The position numbers and the translations under genes were made by a program. Source: Candidatus Binatia bacterium (GTDB lineage: Bacteria > Desulfobacterota > Binatia > UBA9968 > CAXXLF01). Taken from it: 64,000 bases of DNA. The notes beneath the pieces were generated by a model, which had not been told where the DNA came from, did not search any database, and worked only from the letters and a program-made list of their open reading frames with translations. Location of the stretch: NCBI GenBank assembly GCA_963664015.2, contig CAXXLF010000002.1:320001-384000 (forward strand). The letters run 5' to 3'. Positions within the stretch are counted from its first letter, which is position 1; every line of letters begins with the position of its first letter. Shown here piece by piece: positions 10,583 through 19,920 of this stretch.

Positions 10583-10705
10583 CATGAACGTCCTACATCA
10601 GTTGCCCGCTTTGGAGTTACGGCTTAACTTGGCAGAAGATACTGCCTTGAATCTGCAAGAAAAATCGGTTGCGAATTACGGGTCAACTGAATGTGCTGGC
10701 TCGGC
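10583..10705 (-). other. attC site (integron cassette recombination site), degenerate R''
   Basis: Minus strand gccGAGC-cagc-ACATTCAGTTGACCCG...CGGGCAACTGATGT-aggac-GTTCATG; the arms pair except for two extrahelical bases. Confidence 0.75.
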
Positions 10706-10764
10706 GGTTTTTGCCGTTTGATTCATCCGTGGCGAGGAATTAAATTGAAAAGATCTGTCCCCAT

Positions 10765-11586
10765 TTAATTCTTTTCTGGCGTGTTTCCAAAATAGACTTT
10801 AGTGTGGGGCCAGGGAATCTCGATACCTTCCTGGTCAAAACGGTTCTTGATCCGTTTGCGTAGTTCTCCAGTTAGTCCCCACTGTTCTCCAGGCTTGGTA
10901 TAGCCCCGAATACAAATGTCGACGCCATGGTCACCAAGATCACTAACACGCATCGCCGACGGAGTCGTTGTTAAGTTCGTTCCAAAATCGGGGTCATCTT
11001 TCAGTTCCTGGCACACCCCGTCAATAACTTGATAGACATGGCTGATATCCTCTTTATAAGCCACCGTAACATATAGATTGATCCGCGCCCAGTCTCTGGT
11101 CTGATTACTGGCAAATTGTATCTGACTATTGGGTATTACATGCATTGTGCCATTTATTTCTCGTAAAACTGTACGCCTCGGATCTACTGTCTCAACTTCT
11201 CCTTCCATTCCCGCAATGGTAACCCAATCACCAATCCGGTACCAGTCCTCCATTACGATGAAGAAGCCCTGAAGATAATCGCGAATGAAGTTTTGAACAG
11301 CAAAACCAAGTGCCAGACTGGCAACACCGAGTGTCGCCAGCAAGGGTGTAATATCTACTTCAATAACACCCAGAACCATCACAATGGCAATGATCCAGAT
11401 AATAATTGCGATAATTCTTATAAGGACAGAAGCAATTGTTTTGGAGCGGGTGGATAACTGATTCTGTGATTCTACCCGGATCTTCGGGATACTCGCGATT
11501 ATTACCCTCGGTATTATCTTTTTCTGAATAATATTGAGTGCAATAGCGATAGCAAGAATGATTACAACCTTTACTGCGATTCCCAT
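10765..11586 (-). CDS. MscS-family mechanosensitive channel (YbiO-like), carried as a gene cassette
   Basis: LALGFAVQNFIRDYLQGFFI, RIGDWV, IPNS, FDQEGIEIPWP; lies between two attC sites. Confidence 0.92.
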   Translation of the reverse strand: MGIAVKVVIILAIAIALNIIQKKIIPRVIIASIPKIRVESQNQLSTRSKTIASVLIRIIAIIIWIIAIVMVLGVIEVDITPLLATLGVASLALGFAVQNFIRDYLQGFFIVMEDWYRIGDWVTIAGMEGEVETVDPRRTVLREINGTMHVIPNSQIQFASNQTRDWARINLYVTVAYKEDISHVYQVIDGVCQELKDDPDFGTNLTTTPSAMRVSDLGDHGVDICIRGYTKPGEQWGLTGELRKRIKNRFDQEGIEIPWPHTKVYFGNTPEKN

Positions 11587-11673
11587 AATCGTAGTTAGAT
11601 TAAGAACGGAATCAAATGTAAGAATGAGATACCTCCTTCGGACAATTTACTTGTATGCCCCTTAAGTTAGGAC

Positions 11674-11752
11674 CCCGAACGTTCAGGCTGAGCAGCCGAG
11701 TCCCGCCCATCAAGCGGCGGGACGAAAGTCTGTCTCAAGCCGGTGGTTAGAA
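11674..11752 (-). other. attC site
   Basis: Minus strand TTCTAAC-cacc-GGCTTGAGACAG...central GTCCCGCC/GGCGGGAC hairpin...CTGCTCAGCC-tgaac-GTTCGGG; two extrahelical bases; 79 bp. Confidence 0.85.
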
Positions 11753-11769
11753 TATCTACCCCATGGAAA

Positions 11770-12280
11770 CTATCTATTGGCCCTTCGAAAAGACTTGTCG
11801 TAAATCACTATCTTGTCAATTCCATCAAACCAATTAGATATCCAAGACCTTTTTAACCAAATGATCACTCCATCGCAAACCCACGTTTTAGCATTGTCTT
11901 TTGTTCTCCCCGGTGCCACAAGAGGCGAGCCGTAAATCCTTTCAACATCTTACAAAGATGATCGCAGAGTAATGCCTTTTGAAGTTTTTCCGTCGAAATT
12001 AGGTAACGTGCTGATAGTGTTCAAAGTGTCATCATGAAAGTTGATTTTCAAACCTACACTCGAATAGACATAGTTTCTGCTATCTTCAGCTTTGGTTGAT
12101 TGAACAGAGTCCGGCTTTCCTAGCGATCGAATAACGTCATCCACTTTGCTGCTACCGACTACTAGATCTTCAAAACCCTTCCCCTCTATTAGGATTTTGT
12201 CCTGGGCAGACGACATTGATATCAATCCTAAAAAGAGGAACCAACGTAAGAAACAGTTTTAACACGTTCGCCTGAACCAT
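11770..12280 (-). pseudogene. Secreted hypothetical protein cassette, disrupted
   Basis: Signal-peptide-like start at 12280, frameshifts and TAA at 11950; GKTSKGITLRSS repeat-like motif; AT-rich. Confidence 0.6.
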
Positions 12281-12288
12281 TTTGAGTA

Positions 12289-12320
12289 TTCCAACAAGTA
12301 ATATGCTGATCTGCATATCT
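12289..12320 (-). other. Cassette 5' core site GTTGGAA, attI-like
   Basis: GTTGGAATA is 8/9 complementary to TATTCTAAC at the downstream attC R''; preceded by the palindrome ATATGC-N6-GCATAT. Confidence 0.5.
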
Positions 12321-12634
12321 CCGGTTTATTTCGGCATATCACGTTCACCATAATCTGTCTGCAGGGCTTTGGACGGCCTTACTTCCGCAATTAGAACGCA
12401 TTTAAATAGCTCATTAATTGCGTTCTGGAGGCCCAATGAAGAGCAAACCCACGCCCAGAGCGGTTCTGAGCCTAACTGGAAGTTACATTTAATGAGTTCG
12501 CTTCTGAGCGGTCTTAGAAGGTCAGTAATGATTACCCCAAAAAGCTTGGATTGGATAAAATTGGATCTAAGGACTTTGAAAAATGAGATGGCTTTGGATC
12601 CGACCCACCAATGCCCCTCGCCTCCAATTGGCCC

Positions 12635-12656
12635 CGTGGAGACATTTTGGAGACAT
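12635..12656. repeat. Tandem TGGAGACAT box, copy 2 (arm-type site next to att)
   Basis: CGTGGAGACAT-TT-TGGAGACAT about 50 bp from the tRNA 3' end. Confidence 0.7.
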
Positions 12657-12705
12657 TGGTAGTATAAGAACAGGTGGGTGCCTGGCTAAGTGCTTGAAAA
12701 GAAAA

Positions 12706-12779
12706 TGCCCCCGGCGCGACTCGAACGCACGACCCCAGGATTAGGAATCCTGTGCTCTATCCACCTGAGCTACGGGGGC
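12706..12779 (-). tRNA. tRNA-Arg(CCT)
   Basis: GCCCCCGTAGCTCAGGTGGATAGAGCACAGGATTCCTAATCCTGGGGTCGTGCGTTCGAGTCGCGCCGGGGGCA; CCA not encoded. Confidence 0.97.
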
Positions 12780-13381
12780 ACAGGGTGAACTTACCAGATC
12801 TCAAGAAAAATTTTAAGTGACCCGTTGAACCAACCTCGATTTACCTGGCACTGCATGTAAAGGTCGGTTTTGAGTTATTACCCGGACCCTGTTTTACGAT
12901 TCATCCGATCCCATTCAGAAGAATGAACCACTAATGGATTCGCCTGGGTGAGTCAAGCTTTCTTGATTACCAAAATGACTGGTACGGAGTTGCAACCAGC
13001 CGTAAAGCGGATTGCCTAAACCCTGGGCTAAGGTAAAATCAAACCAGCAGTACGCTGCCCGTTTAGTCAACATATCAACGGGTTACATGTAATTACTTAA
13101 CGCATAACCCATGATTCATTATAGAACTCACGGCACAACCGCCCCTTCCGTATTCAACGCCAAATTTCACGGACAATTCTAGACAGAATCTACCTGCCGC
13201 TGAGATTAGGTGTGGGGAGTGACACCACCACCTCGGTGTTTCCATCCCAGAGCCGGTGCACGCACGTGCACAGATCAACCCAATTCGCCTATCCTTAAGA
13301 TCGCCGTATTTTGGAAGAAATTGGGCAAAGTTACACAGAATCGAATGGTTGTCGGAGAAAGATGAGAACAATTCCATTCCA

Positions 13382-13413
13382 AATCAGCACCTTACCTATG
13401 GCGCCCCTTTTGC
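13382..13413 (+). promoter_or_regulatory. Sigma54 -24/-12 promoter with adjacent IHF-like site
   Basis: TGGCGCCCCTTTTGC (13399-13413) with correct GG-N10-GC spacing; AATCAGCACCTTA just upstream. Confidence 0.6.
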
Positions 13414-13469
13414 TAGAACAGAAACGTGCCCTTCAAACCGATGATAAATATTATATAAAGGAAACAGAG

Positions 13470-13571
13470 ATGCAGGAACTGGCATGGAGTTATCGGGAAC
13501 GGTTAGCAGTCGCCTGGGTCTTCTGGTGGCGCGCTTCGATCATCGGCGCGGGGGGCTACTTTCTAGCTTAA
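13470..13571 (+). pseudogene. Truncated small membrane protein
   Basis: AAGGA RBS; [26 protein letters not shown] collides with the GST fragment. Confidence 0.4.
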
Positions 13572-13959
13572 AATATCGTAAGGATACTGCAGCACTCCAA
13601 AAAAAATGATTGGCCTGGCCAAACATTGGACCTACTCCACCCATCTGGAAAATCAGCCATTGAATGACTTGGTATCGGGTTGCTGGCTCACTGAGTAACA
13701 GTTTAGTCGTCTTCTCTGCCAGATACGTCAGGATGGCACCGGATTCGAACAGTGTGGAGGGTTTCCCGTTGGGTCCTTCGCGATCAACAATGGTTGGGAT
13801 CTTGTTGTTTGGGTTCAGGGCCAGGTATTCAGGGGCCAACTGTTCATCTTTGGAAAGATTGATGGAATTAACCTCATAGGGTAGGGCCACCTCCTCAAGC
13901 ATGATGAAACATTGCGGCCGTTTGGAGTTTTCCACGAATAAAGATCGATCATGAGTCAA
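13540..13959 (-). pseudogene. Glutathione S-transferase (YfcG-like), C-terminally truncated
   Basis: [42 protein letters not shown]; homology is lost after that. Confidence 0.85.
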
Positions 13960-13975
13960 TTCCTTTTAGGGGTCC

Positions 13976-14788
13976 CTATGCTGAAAGGAAAGCCAACACC
14001 TTCCGCGCAAAATCCTCCTCAGCATCCCACATGACCATATGCGCCGCATTCTCAATCAGTTCGATTTTCAGGTTTGGTTCTTTCTCCATGAGCAAGGCGC
14101 ACTTCTTGGCTGCCGAACCACGATCATGGGTCCCATAGAGCATAAACAAGGGAGCTTGCACTCCCTTAAGCCGCTGCCATAAGGGCACCCCCTCTTTTCG
14201 CGGCTCCCGTGCTTTGTTTCGCTCCAAAAAAGCCTGAAAATTCTTTCCAACGCTCATCTGATGCCGTTGTTCCAAAACCTTAGGGGTAATAAGAGACTTG
14301 TTGAACAGGTTTTCCTCAAGAAGCTTCCTTGTATCTTCCAGGGTCGGCTCTGATGGACTCTCTTCCTCCCCGCCCCCACCACGACCCGATGGTTTCTGAT
14401 CCGGCAAGGGGGGAAGAAGGCTTCCTGTCGCCGCAGTAATCACCTGACTGACCCGATCGGGGTGCTCCAAGGCCAATTGTAGGACAATGGCTCCTGTCAT
14501 GGAATGACCAAGCAAGCAGGACTGCTCAAGCTCCAAGGCGTCCATGAATTTCAACACAAAGGACTTCTGATAGGACGCACTGTAATCCTTGGGGTTGTCC
14601 GAAAGCCCGTATCCGGGTCGATCAAAGGCAATGGCGCGGAATCCACCTTGTGCCAACTGACTCAAGGTCGCCTCCCACACATCGGCAGCCGAGCCTAAAG
14701 AAGCCCCGTGCAATAACACGACGGGTGTGCCGGAGCCCTCTTCCAAATACCGAATCTTCAATCCATCAACCTGAATAGAGTTTTCCAT
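13976..14788 (-). CDS. Alpha/beta hydrolase
   Basis: LLHGAS, GHSMTG nucleophile elbow, YGTHD, AAH. Confidence 0.9.
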   Translation of the reverse strand: MENSIQVDGLKIRYLEEGSGTPVVLLHGASLGSAADVWEATLSQLAQGGFRAIAFDRPGYGLSDNPKDYSASYQKSFVLKFMDALELEQSCLLGHSMTGAIVLQLALEHPDRVSQVITAATGSLLPPLPDQKPSGRGGGGEEESPSEPTLEDTRKLLEENLFNKSLITPKVLEQRHQMSVGKNFQAFLERNKAREPRKEGVPLWQRLKGVQAPLFMLYGTHDRGSAAKKCALLMEKEPNLKIELIENAAHMVMWDAEEDFARKVLAFLSA

Positions 14789-15004
14789 ATGATCTCCTAT
14801 ATGGATTATTAGTACCCGTGACCTAAGGATTCATACCGCTATCCACTTTATGAATCTACCTCGATCTGAAATTCCACTAGGGGCAAGATTCAAACAGACG
14901 CCAAATGTTGAAGTTCAATGACATATCAAACTTGACATTTTTCCGACGATACAATAATGAGGGTGGCACCTACAGGCCAAGTCTCAGGGAGGGAGGGGCC
15001 ACCC

Positions 15005-16225
15005 ATGCAAACACTGGGTTCTGATATGCAAAACTTGCAGGCAGCATGCGAATCAGACAATACACGATTGATCGGGCATCACGACCTGGATGGTAGCGGC
15101 GACGGGATGCAAATTGTCAAGTACGGCCAGTACGCCTATATTGCCCACGTGGGGCAGAGTAGGATGGCCCTTTCCATCCTGGATGTTTCCGATCCAGAGA
15201 ATTCTCGCTTGATCCGCCAGATCCCCCATCCTCCCAATACTCACAACCACAAGGTTCAAATTGTCGGCAACACGTTAATTCAGAATAGTGAATTCATCTC
15301 CTATATTCCCAGGACTGGACCCGAAGAGCCTGTCAGTGGCTTAATAATATATAACATCGACGACCCCGTGGATCCAAAATCGGTTGGTTTTTATCCGGTA
15401 GAGATGCCGGGAGTCCACCGCATTTGGTACCGGGAGGCGCCTTACGCTCATATAGCAGCATCAGTTCCAGGGACAAAATCCCGAGGCTACCACATTGTCG
15501 ACCTTTCCAATCCTACCGAACCCAAAATGATTGGCTGCTGGTGGGTGCCGGGTTCCAAGGAACATGATTCAAGGCCATGGCAGCCTCTGGACCCTACCCA
15601 GAATCATTTCCAGGTACACGGTGCCATTCCCCATGGGAACCGCGCCTATGTTTCCTGTATCGACGCGGGCATGGCCATTCTCGATATCAGCGATCTCAGT
15701 TCTCCGACACTCATCAGCCATATTAACTGGAACCCACCTTACGGCGGCTACTCGCACACATCCTTACCACTGCCTGGCCGTGGACTCTTGATCGAAGTAT
15801 GCGAGTACTTGGGAGACAACCCCGAACGAAATGGAGACAAACGCATCTGGGTCATTGATATTCGAGACGAGCGCCAACCCGTGATCATCAGTAGCTTCCC
15901 GAAACCCCGCCCACCAAAGAACTCCCCCTGGAAGGATCTCCCCGATCATCTTCTGCCATACGGACCCCATAACGTACACGAGCACTATCCTAAAAGTTTT
16001 ACGAACGAAAATCTTATTTTCTCCACTTGGCTTAGTGCAGGCCTCCGTATTACCGATATTAGTGAGGCGGATCGTCCAACGGAAGTGGGCCGTTTCGTAC
16101 CGCCTCCTCCACCCGGCCAGCAAGTGCCGAGGGTCAACGACCTTTACGTGGACGCCGATCGTTTGATCTATCTCACTGATCGACGGAGAGGTGGCGTATA
16201 CATAGTCGAATATACAGGTCATTAA
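15005..16225 (+). CDS. LVIVD-repeat beta-propeller protein, paralogue 1
   Basis: Repeats LSILDVSDP, YHIVDLSNP, MAILDISD, IWVIDIRD, LRITDISE; His motifs HNHK, VHR, VHG, SHT, PHN; start after GGAGG. Confidence 0.85.
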   Translation: MQTLGSDMQNLQAACESDNTRLIGHHDLDGSGDGMQIVKYGQYAYIAHVGQSRMALSILDVSDPENSRLIRQIPHPPNTHNHKVQIVGNTLIQNSEFISYIPRTGPEEPVSGLIIYNIDDPVDPKSVGFYPVEMPGVHRIWYREAPYAHIAASVPGTKSRGYHIVDLSNPTEPKMIGCWWVPGSKEHDSRPWQPLDPTQNHFQVHGAIPHGNRAYVSCIDAGMAILDISDLSSPTLISHINWNPPYGGYSHTSLPLPGRGLLIEVCEYLGDNPERNGDKRIWVIDIRDERQPVIISSFPKPRPPKNSPWKDLPDHLLPYGPHNVHEHYPKSFTNENLIFSTWLSAGLRITDISEADRPTEVGRFVPPPPPGQQVPRVNDLYVDADRLIYLTDRRRGGVYIVEYTGH

Positions 16226-16316
16226 AAGATCAGAAGTTCTGAACCCTTGACTTCCCATCCCTCCACAAATAAAAAAGGTAACTACCAAATATATATCCCG
16301 GGGAGTTTTCTGGCAC

Positions 16317-17537
16317 ATGCAAACCACTGGTTCTAACCTCCGTAAGATGCAGGATGAGTGCTACACGGAGAACACGCGTCTCATTGGCCATCACGACCTG
16401 GATGGTAGCGGCGACGGGATGCAAATTATCAAGTACGGGCAATACGCTTATGTCGCCCATGTCGGCACAAGCAAGATGGCCCTTTCCATCCTGGACGTTT
16501 CCGATCCAGAGAATCCTCGCTTGATTCGCCAGATCCCCCATCCACCGAATACCCATAACCACAAGGTCCAGATCGTTGGCAACACGTTGATCCAGAACAG
16601 CGAGTTCATTTCCTATATACCCAGGACTGGACCTGAAGAACCAGTCTCGGGACTTAATGTGTACAACATCGATGACCCAACTGACCCGAAACTAGTTGCA
16701 TTTTATCCTGTGGCGACCCGTGGCGTGCACCGCATATGGTTCCGCGACGCACCCTACGCTCACATTGCCGCTCCAACCCCAGGGACAAAATCTCGTGGTT
16801 ACCATATCGTGGACCTTTCAAAACCGTCCGAGCCAAAAATGGTCGGGTGTTGGTGGCTACCAGGTGCCAAGGAAGACGATCCGGAAAAATGGAAAGCCCT
16901 CGACCCAACCCATGATCACTTCCAAGTGCACGGGGCCATCCCAAATGGAGACCGCGCCTATGTTTCTTGTACTGACGCGGGGATGTGCATTCTCGACATT
17001 AGCAATATCAATTCCCCCAAACTCATCAGTCGCATCAACTGGAGCCCACCCTATGGCGGCTACGCGCACACCTCTCTGCCGCTGCCCGGGCGGGGGCTCC
17101 TCATTGAAGTCTGTGAGTGGCTGACTGGCGGCCTCGAAAAAAACGGCGACAAGCGGATCTGGGTGATGGATATTCGAGATGAGCGCCAACCGGTCATGAT
17201 CAGCAGCTTTCCAAAACCCAAGCCACCAAAGAATTCACCTTGGAAGAGCTTCCACGATCGCCCCCTGCGCTTCGGCCCGCACAACGTTCACGAGAATTAT
17301 CTCAACGGGTTAAAGAGCGAGGAACTGATCTTTTCCACGTGGTTCAACGCCGGCATGCGCATCACCGATATCAGCGATGCAGATCGGCCAACTGAAGTGG
17401 GCTATTTCATCCCCCCGCCCCCACCCGGTGAGGAGGCACCAGAAACCAACGATATTTACGTGGATTCGGATAAATTGATCTACCTAACCGATAGACGCAG
17501 GGGTGGAATGTATATTGTGGAATATACAAGTCAATAA
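16317..17537 (+). CDS. LVIVD-repeat beta-propeller protein, paralogue 2
   Basis: Collinear, highly similar tandem copy of the previous gene. Confidence 0.88.
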   Translation: MQTTGSNLRKMQDECYTENTRLIGHHDLDGSGDGMQIIKYGQYAYVAHVGTSKMALSILDVSDPENPRLIRQIPHPPNTHNHKVQIVGNTLIQNSEFISYIPRTGPEEPVSGLNVYNIDDPTDPKLVAFYPVATRGVHRIWFRDAPYAHIAAPTPGTKSRGYHIVDLSKPSEPKMVGCWWLPGAKEDDPEKWKALDPTHDHFQVHGAIPNGDRAYVSCTDAGMCILDISNINSPKLISRINWSPPYGGYAHTSLPLPGRGLLIEVCEWLTGGLEKNGDKRIWVMDIRDERQPVMISSFPKPKPPKNSPWKSFHDRPLRFGPHNVHENYLNGLKSEELIFSTWFNAGMRITDISDADRPTEVGYFIPPPPPGEEAPETNDIYVDSDKLIYLTDRRRGGMYIVEYTSQ

Positions 17538-17584
17538 CAAACCAGTGACCGACCTCAAGAAACGGCAAGGGAGATCCAGGGATC

Positions 17585-18622
17585 ATGAAAGATAGGAAAC
17601 GAATGTACGTGGGCTCCGAAATCGGGCTCGTTGTCATGACCCAAACGGACGCTCACTGGGAACAGGAAGCCGTAGCACTCAAGGATAAATCTATCAATAT
17701 GGTCGCGACACCGCAGAGAGGCAACGTCGTATATGCATGTGTCCCGAAAGAAGGGGTTTTCGCATCAAAAGATAGTGGAAAATCATGGGATTTGGTATTC
17801 CCCGGCAAGGTCCACACACTGGCCGTCGATCCGAGACAACCGAAAGTAGTTTATGCAGGGACCGAGCCCGTCCACTTATTTAGGTCCGACGATACGGGGG
17901 AACATTGGATTGAAGTCGAAGGTTTACAGCGGGTCCCGGAAGAGGCTCGTGACAGATGGTGGTTCCCGATCTACCCCCACGATTCCCATGTAAGAAGCAT
18001 CTTTGTCGATTGGCACGATTCACGAATAATCTGTGTGGGACTTGAGCACGGCGGAATCTTTCGCACTGTGGACGGGGGTGATAACTGGGAGGACCTGTCT
18101 GCCGGCATTGAGTACCTGGATATTCATATGGTGATGGGCGACCCTATCGAAAAGAATCTATACTACGCGGCCACGGCACGCGGATTTTATCGAAGTGAGA
18201 ATTTTGGAAGGGATTGGATCCTCTCCACGGATGGTGTATCCAGGGACTATTTTCATGATTTTGTGGCACTTCCGGGTTCCTCTTCAACCTTGCTAGTGGC
18301 AACGGCTAACGGCACCCCACCCGCATGGAGACGGCAAGAGAAGGCTCAAGCCGCGATCTATCGCAGTAATGACAGCGGCCTCTCCTGGCATCTCTTGAAT
18401 GGCGGCCTACACGAAAACATGGAGCGCATGGTCTGGAGCATTTTTCGCGACCCACAGGACGACGATTCCATATACGCCAGCATTGGTGACTACACCCCCC
18501 ATCTTTCCGATGGGGAGACCGGTTACGGAGAGGTGTGGAGCAGTCACGACCGAGGTAACCGTTGGCAAAAGATCCACAGAGGTGAGGGCCCGATTCGATC
18601 GGTCTGTGTCGATATCCAGTAA
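17585..18622 (+). CDS. BNR/Asp-box repeat beta-propeller (glycosyl hydrolase/Ycf48-like)
   Basis: Multiple SxDxGxxW boxes (SKDSGKSW, SDDTGEHW, TVDGGDNW, SNDSGLSW, SHDRGNRW). Confidence 0.85.
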   Translation: MKDRKRMYVGSEIGLVVMTQTDAHWEQEAVALKDKSINMVATPQRGNVVYACVPKEGVFASKDSGKSWDLVFPGKVHTLAVDPRQPKVVYAGTEPVHLFRSDDTGEHWIEVEGLQRVPEEARDRWWFPIYPHDSHVRSIFVDWHDSRIICVGLEHGGIFRTVDGGDNWEDLSAGIEYLDIHMVMGDPIEKNLYYAATARGFYRSENFGRDWILSTDGVSRDYFHDFVALPGSSSTLLVATANGTPPAWRRQEKAQAAIYRSNDSGLSWHLLNGGLHENMERMVWSIFRDPQDDDSIYASIGDYTPHLSDGETGYGEVWSSHDRGNRWQKIHRGEGPIRSVCVDIQ

Positions 18623-18663
18623 GCCACAGCGTTGCCGTCTGGAAAGGGTTTAGCGTCAGAGCA

Positions 18664-19554
18664 ATGACCAATCTAAGGAGAAACAAAGTACCGTGGGCTC
18701 CCCCTCCCGATGACGAGCTGAGCTGGTTTCCAGTCAAGGGGCGGTTGCCCTTATTCCCGCGCCCTCTGGAATACACCATAGAGGTAGAGGCATTCGGCTT
18801 CGGCGTCACTCGCGCGTTAGAGAGTCTTGAATTCCCCCTCACGGAAGTCCGCTCCCGACTATTGGACGGGCAGATATATCTCGCCATAGCTCCAACGGCG
18901 AATGCGGAACAGAATGCACCGCAACGCTTACGGCGTATTTGGGATTTGAATCTTCGATACACAAAAAACATCAGAGATCACTGGCATCAGCAGGTCCAAC
19001 CCAAAGTCGACGGCTACAACCGTTGGATGGCCGAGTTCATCCCACCCGACTGCACAGCTAAAGAATTAGCCGAGCAGGTCCGTCAACTTCGGTGGGTAAG
19101 AACAAACCAGTGGTTCAATATAGTCCGGCCGGTGGTCGCCCCGACAGCCCTTGTCCAGCGCCGCGCCAATGAAACCGTCAAAGAAAGAGGACATAATAGC
19201 ACGGAGGCTCAATCATGGATTCGTGCGGCTGACGATGGGTTGGCTATTACCAAGGAAGCCCTTGGGGTTCTTAATAAGGGCAATACCGTGATGCTATCTG
19301 GGTTGCGGCAAATTGGAGTGCGCATTAAGGACGCCGGCTCAATCGATAACCCGGAGGATATCTTCTGGCTCCAGTGGAAAGAGCTCCGAGGTATAATACA
19401 GGATGGCTCAAAGTGCCAAGAACGGGTCGCCGAGCGTCAAAAGAATGCCTCCCGGCTAGGCCGACAAGAACTGCCGGCCAGTATTGGGCCGGCGTTACCT
19501 GCCGACGCGGCCAGAATGTATCTGATCAACGATATTCTGGGCCTCCTCAGTTGA
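18664..19554 (+). CDS. Hypothetical protein resembling the substrate-binding region of PEP-utilising phosphotransferases, without ATP-grasp or His domain
   Basis: IGVRIKDAGSIDNPEDIFWLQWKEL...VAERQ...PASIG resembles the end of the RPH/PpsA-type middle domain. Confidence 0.55.
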   Translation: MTNLRRNKVPWAPPPDDELSWFPVKGRLPLFPRPLEYTIEVEAFGFGVTRALESLEFPLTEVRSRLLDGQIYLAIAPTANAEQNAPQRLRRIWDLNLRYTKNIRDHWHQQVQPKVDGYNRWMAEFIPPDCTAKELAEQVRQLRWVRTNQWFNIVRPVVAPTALVQRRANETVKERGHNSTEAQSWIRAADDGLAITKEALGVLNKGNTVMLSGLRQIGVRIKDAGSIDNPEDIFWLQWKELRGIIQDGSKCQERVAERQKNASRLGRQELPASIGPALPADAARMYLINDILGLLS

Positions 19555-19763
19555 TCTCTCATTGGCTCCCAGCGTAACCGGATTTATCCCCTTTATATTC
19601 CCCATCCGATGAAGCCTACGGATGCCCTGATCAGGCGGATTAGGGTCATAACTCTTGGTATTTCCCCACAAATATGGTAAAAGAATAAACGAATTTGGGG
19701 TCGACTACGGAAGCAATTAAGCTGCAGGTTTTGTCTTTATTTTCGGTCCCTTCCACATATCGC

Positions 19764-19838
19764 GAGCCGTTAGCTCAGCTTGGTTAGAGCATCTGCCTTT
19801 TAAGCAGAGGGTCGCTGGTTCGAATCCAGCACGGCTCA
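19764..19838 (+). tRNA. tRNA-Lys(TTT)
   Basis: Cloverleaf with TCTGC-CTTTTAA-GCAGA anticodon arm and GGTTCGAATCC T-arm. Confidence 0.96.
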
Positions 19839-19842
19839 CATC

Positions 19843-19920
<78 letters not shown>

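Larger units (their letters stand above)
8204..12748. mobile_element. Integrative element (~4.5 kb) at tRNA-Arg(CCT): int, XRE, xis-like module plus attC cassettes
   Basis: Flanking 43-bp direct repeats with a tyrosine integrase next to one end. Confidence 0.9.

Noticed and set aside
12980-12994. TGGTACGGAGTTGCA as a sigma54 promoter
   Set aside because: GG-GC spacing is one base short.
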